Positions 1 through 12,289 of a DNA stretch of 64,000 bases are shown here, in pieces (position 1 is the stretch's first letter; every line of letters starts with the position of its first letter). A model generated the notes under the pieces. The model saw nothing but the letters and a program-made list of their open reading frames with translations, did not search any database and was not told where the DNA came from. The position numbers were made by a program, and so were the translations under genes. This DNA is from Amphiscolops sp. MND2022 (Eukaryota). The DNA is taken from positions 34,162,001-34,226,000 of the forward strand of contig OZ076417.1 in the NCBI GenBank assembly GCA_964187785.1, in the 5' to 3' direction.

Positions 1-146
1 TTGAAATTTTCATTCCATTTTCTAACTTTTGTTCTTGGGAGATGCTCTCTCTCTTCCGCGACAGTTTTGTTTCGGAAGTCAACGGTCATTGTGATTGGCA
101 TATGAACGTCGGACAAGCTAGGGTCAAAGCCGAAAATGTCGAACGA

Positions 147-620
147 TTATATTTTCGGAATTGTTTTTCCATCTACTATAGCATAGTCAACTGTAATTTT
201 TTCATTATAAGTAGTACAGGTGTAATTGCCTATATTATTGTCCGAGCCAATGCGTCCTTTTATGATTAGCATATCACAAGTTTTACAAAGGTCGACTAGA
301 CGTTGGCCATTTTTATTGACTTTTTTGTCCGCATAAGCACGGTTTTGAAACTGTAAATCTTCCTCATCTAATGATTCAAAATGGGGCAGTTCTAGCATTA
401 AAGTCACCAAGTATGATTACATTTTCCTCAGCATCTCTATGTTAGGTAACTTCTTCTTCTATTGAATTGAAAAGTTCCCAGTGCCAATATTTCGAACTTT
501 CACATGGCATATAAAAGAGACCTTTGTCATAGCAAAAATTCGCGTTTGTTATTTCAACCCATAACCCTGAGCCACTCTCCAAAAACTTGCGTTGTAGGTT
601 TTATTTTTCACCATAAGCGC
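147..620 (-). mobile_element. Decayed LINE-type APE endonuclease fragment
   Basis: The minus strand reads FHGVALMV..., VIILGDFNAR (391-420) and NKNGQRLVDLC...GRIGSD...YTC...VDYAIV, typical Exo_endo_phos motifs. Frames are broken. Confidence 0.8.
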
Positions 621-916
621 CACTCCGTGGAAATCTATTATTAGATAACAAATTATTAGATAACTAGTATTAGATAACAGGCGAAACTATTTGAAATACA
701 CAAGTAATGAATCTCACGGACTGCGCCGTATTTACATAAACATTAACAAAGCCATCGTTAATGAGATGTTATGTTAAAAAATACAGATTATTTTTAGCCA
801 GATATTTATACAGATGATACATAGCCGCTTTTTCTCGACTATTTTTGAGCTAATAATTGCAATTTTGAGGCTGAAGTTGTCTGTAAATGCCTTGTTTCTT
901 GTTAATTTTTTTCTCG

Positions 917-3180
917 CTAAAGATAAGTTGATATATTGTTAGTAGATAAATTGCATCGTCCAAAGCGTCTTGAAGGGCTAGTGTTTCTGCTGCAAGTGTA
1001 CTTTTGACTACACGTCTGATGCGTCTCGAACTCCAGCCGAAAATGTGGCATTTTTTCTGCCAAAAACTTAACGAACCTACATTGTGAGCCCCCGTCAGCG
1101 AAATTTTGAAACGCTCCGTCTGACAACACGCACAATTGCAGAGGTGGTTGTAACTGTTTGAAGTTTAATATGACATCTGAATTGAATTTCAACCTTCTGA
1201 GTGAGCGCTTTATTGGCATCAAACACTCTGCTTGACGTCCACATACCGTATCTTACAACTCCAGCTACGGTATTGGCAAGAAAGGAAATATCCGGTCGAG
1301 TTTGGCTAGAAATCCACTGTAGCTGACCCAGTAAGCCACGGAGGTTTTGCATTTCTTCCTCTGTTAGACAGATGTTTTTCTAATCAATTTCGATTTCTTC
1401 TAACTTGTCAATGAAATGCTTTTGCGATAACTTCCGTAGCAATTTTTAGGCTTGTGAACAAGATGGAAACGGATTCCATTTTCTCCTCAACAAATTTCAC
1501 TCTAATTGTTTTACGCACAACTTCTTCGATCTTTTCTGTCCCAGAACATAGAAAATCATCAACATGAACGCAATCAAGACCTTCGCATTGATCTCTATTC
1601 ACCCAAAAAAAAACAATGCTGGTTCGAAAGGACAAGATTTCATACCAGCACCAACCACTTCTTCGCGAACACGTAAATACCCCTGTCGGGGAGCACCTTG
1701 AAGGCCAGAAACTGGCTTTTTCAGTCCCCACACTACGTTTGTTTTTCTCACATCCTTGGGAGGACGAACAATAATCTCACGTTTGAGATTTTTGCCTTGC
1801 AAGAACGCAGTTTTGATGTCTATGGCTTTGAGGATCCATTCGTTTGGAATTGTTGCTGACAGAAATAGCCTTACAACTTCTCTTGTGACAATGGGTGACT
1901 CTTTCTCTGGTCGATCCAAATCTTCCGGAAAACCTCTTACAAGGCGTGCTTTTTTCTTCATTTCACCTGTTTTTTCGTCACTTTTCGTTGTCGTGACCCA
2001 TGTTGTGGACATAATGTCCTGATCACCATTCGCTTGAATTTCTTCGTATACATCAAACGTCTTCAAACACTGAAGCTCGGCAGGTTTCGCTTCGGAAAAA
2101 CCGTTGTTATCACTATCCCCAAAAAGACAGCATTCTGAACTTCACTCCATTCTGAGATGTCGTTTTCGTAGTCAATACAATTCTCTGTGTTTTTTACCTA
2201 GAAAAGAACTTCAGCTTCGAAACCTTCATCGTCTAGTGAATCCTCAGTCGATTTGAAGCGAATATGCGTCTTCGGATTCAGCATTTCGTGTTCCTCTGAT
2301 ATTTGCTACGCAGCTCATTGTGAGAAACCGTTCTTTCGGCACATTTCGTGCTTTCACTTTCTAGTTGATTTTGACCAGAATCTTTCTCTAATTGTTTCTC
2401 AGTTTCTTTATTCTAATTCGCTTTTTCTAATGAGCTTTTTTCTGAATGCATGTTCGTTAACATACGCGGCCTCTGGAAGATACAATTCTTGTTTTTTTTT
2501 GAGATCATTCTGATACCCTGCAGTTTCGCTTGAGGACAGAAGAGTTTGTTGGTCAATTCCAATAGAGTTTTCAGCCACTTTTTCTTCGCTAGATGCCAGC
2601 ATAAGGTGTGTGTTATGAACACAAAAAACGAGACCTCCATGTCTAACAAAATTGACTTTTCCATCAGCACCTATTAGTTTACCAGGCCCTCTCTATCTTT
2701 TGTCTTCAGTTCGACGGTAGTATATCATGTCTCAAGTTCAACTTTCACTTCTGACGAGCGCAAGTTGTGCCTGAGGGCTCGTCCTGTACGTTCGCTGTTT
2801 TAGGCAGCTATACACAATTCTCTGGTCCGCAGCAACGCATTGATGCGTTCTGTGATATATCCGCCATAGTTTTCGAGGTCAATACTGGGGGGTCGTCGAC
2901 TACGTTGTTCGGAGAGCGTTATAATGAGCCAAACATGATCTGTGATGGGGTTGTTGAATGGATTGTTCGTGGCTTTGCAGACCATAGCCATTTTTCTATC
3001 CAAATTGATTTTTGGGTACTCCACGCAATCTTTCTCTACCAGTTCTGTGATGATTGCATTTTGACGTTCACAGATGCCATTACTGAATGGAGAATGAGCA
3101 GCTGTTGTCAGGACTTTCATGTTAAAATGTAATGAAAAGCCCTTAGCGTTTGTTCGCTACACCGGGTGGAGGAACTGATG
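917..3180 (-). mobile_element. Decayed Ty1/Copia-type pol (integrase-RT-RNase H)
   Basis: Integrase SPFSNGICERQN (2800-3120) and RGPGKLIGADGK (~2700). RVT_2 motifs AIDIKTAFLQG, WGLKKPVSGL, HVDDFL and LLGQLQWISSQTRPDI. RNase H LSDGAFQNFADGGSQ. Domain order INT-RT-RH; many frameshifts. Confidence 0.88.
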
Positions 3181-5099
3181 CCATGGATTGAGATTCGGGA
3201 CCAATCACCATAACACCAGCTCATTTTGCCTCCTAAGGATTGCCCGTCCCGAGGAGGGGGAATTGTCTCAAAGAATGATATCCGGCCTGTTCCAGTCTGT
3301 AACTGCTGAGAATAACGGGCATTATGCTTTTTCTCTTCATAACCACCGTCTAGATAGCCTTTAAAAACAACGCCAAGGATTAACAGTGTAAATTTCCAAA
3401 TCCAGGGTGAAATTCCAGGGTGACATGTGAATAAGGTCTAAAAGGGGTACTAAGATCTAAACTGCAAAGAACTAGCGCTCGAGCTAGCTAAAATCAGTGG
3501 AAAGACATCAAAGTAGGCACGAGTAGGGCCAACCTCACAGCTGCAAACTGGGGCGCAGGGACTCCAAGCACCAAACAAGGATAATTAGGCTACAGGACTC
3601 ATTTTGCTGGTTTCCGCTACTTGAGGTAACATAATGTTAAAATCAATGAAAACCGGCGTTAGCACCTCAAAAAGAGTCTATTTTCAGAAGGTCTTGCCGT
3701 CTCTGGCTTCTGTCATGGCGGCTTACCCTTGTGTTTGCTCGTTCTTGCTCTTTTTTTGTCGAAGTACCTGCGAATTTCGTAGAAACCGCGGAAAGAGCAA
3801 TCACATGCTCAGTGCCACGTCACACATCGGATTAGAATTTTTGACAAAATTTCTGAAGATGTCAAAACTCCAAAATCGTCAAACTCGGCTGATTTCGGTA
3901 TATCACAGGGTCCCGTTACAGCACTCCCCGGGCTTTATGCCTGACGTCCCTGTCATGCGGAGAGACTGGAAACATCTCATCATCTTTGTAGTCAACCGGG
4001 AGACCAAACTGATGTTGCTAGGGTACAGTGGCACTATCATCTTTCGCTGATTGGGCAACCTTGAAATCTTGCCTCTTGCCATCCACAGAGCCTGCATCGT
4101 CCACAAACTGTTGAAACAGAGCTAGCTCTCGAGCTAGAAAACAAGTACTGAGAAATGCACCTTGAAATTGATCAAAACCAAAATTCCGTACATCAATCAA
4201 GAAAGCATCCATTGGTTAGGACGAGTTTTCTGCACCAAATTTGAACAGGATCTTGATAGCATTATGTTTTGGCACGCCTAAAATTTCTTTTACGGAGCTC
4301 TCAAGCTCCAAATGCACGTGGTTCTCATCTTTTCCACGGCAAAAAATTTCACTTTGCAGCAAGGTTAAAAGATGTTCTCGGTAAAATTCTTTTCAGCGGA
4401 AAAACCACTGTTTAAAAGAAAGACAAGCTGTTTTTCGATACGTTTTTGTTCACAGTTCGGCTTGGATTGGACAACACGCACTGATGTGCAGCTCCATACC
4501 TGTAACGAACTCAGTAGCATCTGTTAAGGAGCGCATCAAAATCAAACTACAAACTACTCGTGAGATTTAGCACTGGAGTAAAGTAGGCCAAGATAGACAA
4601 AACCCTGCAATTCAGATTTCTGGAGCGCGAGCTCCGCTTCTTCAAATATCTCATTGAAAGCTGGAAGACTGAAACCTCGGAAAAACTTGGAAAAACAGAA
4701 ACCATAGAAAAACGCATATATCACCTTTCAGCAATGCAATACATGTAGAGTTTTAGGGTTAAATCTGACAACGTTTACATGACAAATTGAAGTGTTGGCG
4801 AAGTTTTAAAACAAGTGCTTGAAAGAGCGTCCTTCCTCCACTGAGGCTCCCCGGGTTTTAGTCGACTCCCCGGGTTTTAATCATCGAGCAACCAACAGGC
4901 TAACTTGGGCACTAACGCCCACCCCTTTCCCCCTTGAAAAGAAGTGGAGTGTTGTTTGGATAAATGATGGGCAGCTGCTAGCAGCGCATGCTACCAAAAG
5001 GACGTATCAACAGGAAGTATTAGGAACTCAAACAGGAAAAAAACAAAACCTATGTAACATAAAAGTTAAGTGATGCCAGGAAATTGCACAGTGCTGGCA

Positions 5100-6454
5100 A
5101 TGGAGACATAGACGCGGATCATGTAGGATAGCTGTGATACCAGTTCCTGCAAAAACGTCCATGACCCTATGATAGAAGTTGTCCAAGCTGCGAAGTGGGC
5201 GCTAAGGGTCAACTATGGGGAGTGAATATCTGGGGTTTCTTTGGACAAAAATGAAGCCTTCAAATGCTCCAATCATAGGAAGAATTCATCGGTGATTTGG
5301 GGTGTACGTTGAGAGGGGCGTGTTATTAGTAGGTGAATAATTCGATTATCCACGAAAGATAATGAGGATGGGATAGTGAGAACTCCAACGAATTTTGGGC
5401 GCAGTTGGAATATTTCGTCGTGGCCACACTCGCGAAGAATGTAGCGCAAGGCAGCGGAACTGGTGTTAAGGTCTGCAGGGCAGCAAATTGCTATATGGGC
5501 CTGCACTTGCAGGAAGTCGGTTTGGTCGTATGCAACATAATTGACCAAGTTGGGTCGTAAGACACCGGGAAACACAATTTCACGTCCGGGTCCTTTTTCG
5601 TCTGTTGAGTCGATGTGATTTTGCCCACGAATAGCAGTCAGATCCTGCCATACGGACCTTGATAGGGACCGATTATCTACATTTGTTGGAGACCATGCGT
5701 CAAGAGTACCAAGTGCAGCGTGGAGCGTTACAGGCTCGATAAAGGAATCGGTCCAATTGTCCAAAAGGCGGATACAAGGGAAGCTGGTGAACAACGTGAT
5801 GATCAGCTCTAGCCACCATCGGAACTGGAGTTTTCCACGATAAAGAAAAATGATTTGGAAACATAGAATGAGTTCCTCAGTAACCAGAGTTCGCAAACTC
5901 TCTAGACAGCTACGCAAGCTGTCAGGCTGTACCAGAGAGTGAGTATGTGAAGAGGTTACAAGTAACCACCAATACTGGGCTGGGCGATCCACTTCACCAG
6001 GCTGACAATTGACGCAGTATTTGTCAGCTAGGAGGTCAGCCGTAATACAGCGGACCACCTGGATAGGTTCCCTCTCGAAGTTGAAAGGTCCAAATACAAT
6101 GTTAGGAGTAACTTGAGGCACTGTGGTTGCGAGTGTGAACTCCAAACCTCGGAGATCACACGTCCACTCCTTGAAGTGGGGACAAGGTTCTTCTGCAATT
6201 CTGGATTTGGACAAGTCTTCCAGAATTACATCGACAGGAAAAATTCGGTCTCGTTCTAATCCGGTAAATGACTTCTCCGCGTGGAAAACCATACGACTGA
6301 CAAGAAATTTACCCTTTTGAACAAGAGGGTGAGGTTTTGGATCCACCGGAGGTTTCCGAGGTCCAACTGGGATGGTGGGAGACTTGTTCAGAGCCATGAC
6401 GCAAATGCAATCACGGAGCCCGCGGGTTCCACAACGATACCGAGCGTAAACCAT
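5100..6454 (-). pseudogene. Gypsy 3' ORF with two tandem TARG1/OARD1 (Poa1p)-like macro domains
   Basis: 393-aa ORF plus in-frame read-through past two stops. Copy 1: VVRCITADL...YWWLLVTS...DSLRSCLESL...WWLELIITLF. Copy 2: DQTDFL..AHIAICCPADL...NRIIHLLITR...EFFL*LEHLK...VMDVFAGTGITAILH. Both parallel the OARD1 pattern LAHCISED/RYIYYLITK/ENLQKSLEAM/IEEVFEATDIKITVY. Confidence 0.65.
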
Positions 6455-7113
6455 CCGGCGTAAACCATAGCGCGAGTTGACCTGCGACGCACCTTGGTCA
6501 ATATCGGATGTGAGCTGCGCGGTGGGCGCATCTGAATCGGAATCCGATGTAAATGATGGCTGCGTGTCAATTTCACGAGCTGTTTGCTGTGAAGAAACGG
6601 TAAGGTGTCCTCGGCGCCGTCAAGGAGGTCGTCCTCAAGGACGTCCTCTGCGAACTGGCGTCCTTTGAGCGCGCAAGCATGTGCGCTGAGACTGGGAATT
6701 TGTTGCTCTTGTCGAACAACGAGATAGAACAGCTCGCGATCTGCCCCGACCACGCGTGCTAGGGAGGTTGTTCCGTGCAGCGGGTTCGTTGGTACTGGGT
6801 AACCGGTGTTACGGGCTTCAGTGTCTTGGAGGTTGGAGGTATCGTTCGGCAATTGGGGAATACTAATCGGCATATCCGTCAATGAAGGATTTGTCAATAG
6901 AGGAGCAGATGTAACCGCTAGCGATTCTTCGGCTTCGGATGTTCTGGAAACTTCTTGCGTTTGGGGTACTTCTGGGACGACCCCATGTTGGGAGAATAAC
7001 GGTAGCCCGTCGTCATATGCAGCTTCAGGTGACAGCGGTTGTTCATCGGGAGGCATTGAAGCTTCAAGAAGCGTAGGAGGTTCAGCTTCATAATGAGCTG
7101 GTGCATCGAACAT
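6388..7113 (-). CDS. 241-aa P/S/T-rich ORF of the Gypsy element, between integrase and the macro ORF; function unknown
   Basis: ORF track; low-complexity N-terminal half; overlaps the start of the macro ORF. Confidence 0.35.
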   Translation of the reverse strand: MFDAPAHYEAEPPTLLEASMPPDEQPLSPEAAYDDGLPLFSQHGVVPEVPQTQEVSRTSEAEESLAVTSAPLLTNPSLTDMPISIPQLPNDTSNLQDTEARNTGYPVPTNPLHGTTSLARVVGADRELFYLVVRQEQQIPSLSAHACALKGRQFAEDVLEDDLLDGAEDTLPFLHSKQLVKLTRSHHLHRIPIQMRPPRSSHPILTKVRRRSTRAMVYAGWFTLGIVVEPAGSVIAFASWL

Positions 7114-7318
7114 CTAACCTTCAGAGCGCTCACGCGCTGGGTCGGAACTGGAATAGTCAAATTGCTGTTAGTGGAGACGACTGCCTCCAGCTCGCATTCT
7201 AGTGCGCAATCTCGTGTCCATCCAGTGGCGTCTCCTTGATGGTAGAGATACGTTTGATGCTTCCGATAGGTGTTCCTCCTCGCGATATAAGGGCTGTGAG
7301 CAGTCATCTATGATCTCT

Positions 7319-8581
7319 TCAGCAGGAAATCGCGGGAATCGCAACGAAATCGGTGAGTCCACCATGTTGAGGATTCAGCCGCTCGAAGTGCACTTTTTTT
7401 CCTGAGTCCAGGATATAAACTCGGCCATCTTGCAGTACATAGACGACCTTGTGCGGTCCACGCCAAGCTTTTATCAATTTTGGCGATCCCTTCTGTGGTA
7501 CATAGCGGCAGACCACCCAAACTGGATCTCCCACGTTGTATGCGTTCGCACGAATGGCGCGATCATACTTCAATTTCTGACGTTGTTGCGCCTGATGCGT
7601 GTTTCTCCGCACCAAGTCGTGAATCTCTTGCTGCCTAGCAAGAACATGCTCCACATAGGCTCCATGCGATTCAAATGACCTGGCTGCAATCTCAGGATAC
7701 AGGTAAGTGAGAGGAGTTGACTTTTCGGTCCCTCGGGTCAGCATGTAAGGCGAAAACCCAGTCGTGGCGTGACGTGTCGAGTTGTACTCTCCCATGACTT
7801 CATCCAAATGCTGGTCCCAATCTCTCATGCGGCGCGAGCAAAATACCCGCAACAGGGTAAGCAAAGTCCGATTTTGTCGTTCCACCAGACCTTGGGTGCG
7901 CGGGTGACCCGCTATAAAGGTGACGTTTGTGATCTGGGATGCCCTCATGAACTCATTGGAGTCCTCTGCAGTCAAGTTTGGGGCATTGTCAGACTGCATA
8001 CGCGTAGGCGTACCAAATCTGGCAAACCACTTTTGCAAAAGCAACCTGGATGTTGTGATTGCATCATACTCATCATGGCTGCAAGGCACAGCCTCTGCAA
8101 ATTTCGAAAAATGGTCATTTATTACTAATATGCCGGTGTTGTTACTGTCGGAGGGGCATATCTTCAGGTGGTCATACTGCACCAATTCGTTAAAATACAC
8201 ACTCTGGATATTCTTCAGGTGAAACCGAACGTCACCCGGTTTGTCACGTACTTGCTGGCACGTGAGGCACTAGCTCACATACTGCCCAACGCTGCGACGA
8301 ATGCCTGGCCAGGTGTGGCGTTCTTGTAGTCGCGCCACCTCCTTTGCAATGCTTTGGTGGCCCATAGCATCGTTAGCACGAAACAAGATCTCATGCTGGT
8401 ACAGTTGCAGCATTACAATCATGCACGGACGTTCGTGCAACGGACGTTCGTGCAACAGACGTTGCTGGTTGGATACATCACACAAAGGACCCCGTTTTTC
8501 TTGATGAACAGATGATTTTTTTCTGCTTGTGATAGTTATGCGCGAACGCGCGCACATCCTCGGGAAAAATGTCATGATCAA
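7319..8581 (-). pseudogene. Gypsy integrase
   Basis: DAMGHQ...WPGI...CLTC zinc-binding region; INDHFSK, QSDNAP and LVERQNRT DDE motifs; AWRGPH GPY/F motif. Confidence 0.92.
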
Positions 8582-9128
8582 TAGATTCTTGCGCTACCAA
8601 TTTTTTTATAGCTAGCACATGCACGTCACGGTTCTGCGCCAAAAGCAGATCCTGGATGCCATGCATTGTGTTGGCATGTTCGTGGAGTTCCGTGTCTATG
8701 TCTTTGATGGCTAGGGCAGCTTGCCTAACCACCACTGGTGCGGTAGCCGTTGCCTGCCCACCTGTTTCATCGAGGGCATACGTCAGGCGTGAGGGGATAT
8801 TTGCCACATGCGTAGGCAGCAAGTAATCTTGCCTTGCCTCCTCAGTGACGTCAATCCAATCCTCGGGATGATCTGGGTAAAAGCCTTCGTGAGTTTGCAA
8901 GGTAGACACTCGTGCCTCAAGTAGAGGAGCGCGTAGCGCCCTCTCTTTTTTTTGAGCTGTCTGACGGCGTTTTCGCCGCTGTGCAACACGACGAACGGCA
9001 TTCTTGGGGTCTGGTTCAATGTTCTGCAAGTGAGCAGGCAGTAGGGGGTGATTGGGTATCACCCGACCATGCACATCGAACCAAGGTGCAACGGGCAGCT
9101 GGTCGAATTCCTTCTGTGAGAGGAAATT

Positions 9129-10450
9129 TCATTTGTCCATTACATGGGGCAGCTTCTCGAGCTGCTTCTCTCGCCACTGATAGTCTTTGGTTCGTTTACT
9201 GAGTCCATCGGCATTGCGATGCTGCGTTCTAGGCCTGTGTTCAACCGTGAAATAATACTTGTCCAAGGCCATAATCCACCTTCCAATGATGGCTTGATCA
9301 GTGGAATACGTTTTGAGCCAAGAAAGGGCTTGATTGTCAACCCTCAGGGTGAACTTTCTGGCGCAGAGATAACTGTGATTTTTCAGAATGAAATAAAAAG
9401 CTGCATACATTTCGAGCTTGGGAGCGCCATACTTCGCTTCTGTGACATTCAATTTTTTGCACCCGTACACAATGGGTCTCAAGCGCCTCTCATTTGGCGA
9501 TCCTTGCCACTGATGCAACATGCCAGAAATTGCAACAGCACTGGCGTCAGTGTCCAGCACAAATTCGCCCTCTGAATCCGGTTGCGCCAAGGCTGTTGCC
9601 TCAATCAAAGCCAACTTGATAGCGTTGAAAGCCTGTTGCTGCTCATCCCCCCAGGCGAAAGTTGCGCCGAGGCCGGTAATAGCATGCAAGGGGGCCACAA
9701 GCTTGGCATGCCAAGGAATGAAATTTGCATTTGTGTTTTGTTCCGTGGTACTTCCCAATCGCGGAGTTTAGCCCAAGCTCTATGATCGGGTTTGACACCT
9801 TCAGTGGAGACCACACGTCCCAGGTATTTGATCTCCGACTTCATAAAGTCGCAGTTGAAGCGCGACTCTCATCTTGAAGCCTGCTTCACGCAAACATTCA
9901 AAGACTTCCCTGAGCCGGACCATGTGGTCTTCCACAGTCTCGGTGGCGATGACAGTGTCATCTATGTAAGCAATCACCATGCTGCCTTCCCGGTTCACAA
10001 TTTTCTGTAGCGCTCGCGCTATTGTTCGCTGGAAAGTTGCAGAAGCTTTAAAAAACCCAAATGGCAATCGTCGCCACTCAAACAAACTAAGTTCACAAGC
10101 AAATGCTGTCTTCTGCCTGTCTGCCTTCCGTACTGGTGTTTGCCAGAAAGCCCAGGCCAAATCAATGCTGGTGTAGATCTTGGCCTTACCCAAGCGAGAG
10201 GCTTTCGTCAAGGCGTGGGAGGGGATATGCGTCTTTTATTGTCACCGCGTTGAGAGGGCCAAAGTCGCAGCAGAACCGCAACTCCCCATTCTTTTTCTTG
10301 ACCATCACGATCCCATTCGCCCAAGGTGACAGCGAGTGTTGGATCATGCCCAAAGCTAAGACGTTGCGAACCTCCTGGTTGGCTCACTCTGCCTTCTCGC
10401 GCGACATTCGTCTGGCTCCTTCGCGATGAGTTGTAGCTCCAGGCTCTACT
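9129..10450 (-). pseudogene. Gypsy reverse transcriptase and RNase H
   Basis: IDLAWAFWQ, PFGF..ASATFQR, AYIDD, KYLGRVVS; LDTDASAVAISG, KLEMYAA, VDNQAL, HRNADGLS. Split over three frames. Confidence 0.93.
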
Positions 10451-10841
10451 TCGACCGTATGTTTTGCAATATTACAGCGGCCAATATCCGTCTTGTGCTT
10501 CATGAAGAAGTCGTCAAATTCGGTGAGGATGTTATTCAGAGAGTCGCGGACAGTCTGTTCCACAACTTTTGTACCTCATCCAGCTGAGATTCGGGTCCTG
10601 GATTAGGGGCCAATAGTTCTGGGTCAGTGCGCTTCCTGATCTCGCGCTCTGACAAAGTCGTTCGGCAATTTCGATTTTCTGTCACTTCCATCTTTGTGCG
10701 CTCGAGCACATTGAGGAACTGCTTTGTAGACCAGGCGTACTGGCGCAGCAGTACCAAGCATGGTGGCGCACTTGGTCTTCTGGGCATTGCTTGTCAGGTT
10801 GCCAACAGAGACATAAAACAAACCTGTCTCTTCGACAGTGG

Positions 10842-11606
10842 CTATAGTGTCTTCCACAAATATTGTATTCTCAGCACTCGCTTCAGAGTTGCAAAATTGA
10901 ATACAACAATGCTGAAAGCGAAAGCTTCCAAGTCCGAAGTGACCACTTTAGCACGTAGAACATTACGTTCAAATGGCTGGAGCACCGCAGCTTGGTCCAA
11001 GACTATAGTACTAGAAAGAGCTTCGTCACTCATCTGGGCGTGTGCGTGATGCCACATGGTCTTAGCCGGTGCTCGCACAATTACTTTCATGGAGGTCAGA
11101 TCCACAAGTACATTATATGCTCGTAGGAAATTCCTACCCAACAAGAAATTCTCCAATCCATGTGCATCAACGACTACCACGAAATTGGTTTCAAGCTCGT
11201 ATCCACCTAGTTGGAAGCGCACACGTTCCGGCATTCCAAAAGCCTCTATCGTCTTTCCATTAGCAGCATACAAGTTAAGCTGGTCAGGTTGCAGCGCTAC
11301 ACCGGTTTGCAAGGCTACACGGTTGAAGGCTGAAAAACTCATGATTGATACACCAGATCCCGTGTCGACCATTCCTCGCAGTGGAATTAGGTTAGCATCT
11401 GGCACTGCAAAGGATACCACGAGCGACGCACGGTCATCAATGAGGGCCTCACCTGTGGGCTCCTGCTTGCTGATGCTGTAGCAGCGTAGTTCATGCGCCC
11501 CTAGACATACGCCTTGAGGGAACACATATACTACCACGCTAGCATCAAATTTCATGTCCACGCCATCTATGTTAGCTTGCACAGGAACATGCGAGTATGC
11601 GTGCAT
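10842..11606 (-). pseudogene. Gypsy aspartic protease region
   Basis: GMVDTGSGVSIMS and FLLGRNFL. Confidence 0.88.
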
Positions 11607-12289
11607 GTACTAGCTTCGTCCTCGGTGTACAATTTTTTGGCATTGGTAAGGAGATCCTTTTGACAGCCGGGTTGCTGGCCAACTCCAGCTTCAATTTTTC
11701 CAAGGTCAAATCCGGGCGTGTTTATTGCTCCGAGGCTAACATTAGGTGTACAGACAGTAAAGTTCGGCCACTAGTGTCAAACGTTGTGAACTCCAAGCTT
11801 GTCTGCCCCTGCTTTTTTGCCGCAGGTGCATGTCAATGGTGCATGTACAGTGGCTTGGTCAGCTGGACGCTGCATTAATACCCTGTCATAGTGGGCGAGG
11901 TCTGCGCTGCAACCGCCTTCTCCTCCACTTCAGCATTCTTGCTGAAAGTTTCTGATGGGATAGGCGATGTTGAAACTCAGTTGTGCACGATTTCACAGAG
12001 ACAACGGGCGCTGAAGCCGCTGTCGCAGCAACGTACTGAGGTTGATTATCTGGATCATGAGTAAGACGTTCTTCCGGACGTTCGCGCCCAGAGCAAGCAC
12101 TCTGCAAACAGCGGCCTGTCTGCAAACGGGTGTTGTGTGCACCGACACAGCCGGCATCTGTGCCGACCGGCGTGCAAAGGGAGGGGGCAATTCAAACTGC
12201 GGCACCACTCGTGCGTCTTGAACTTGGTCACCCTGCAGAGGCTGATAAGGTACAAACTGGACGGCGCACCCTGGGTCGCGAGACTGTCG

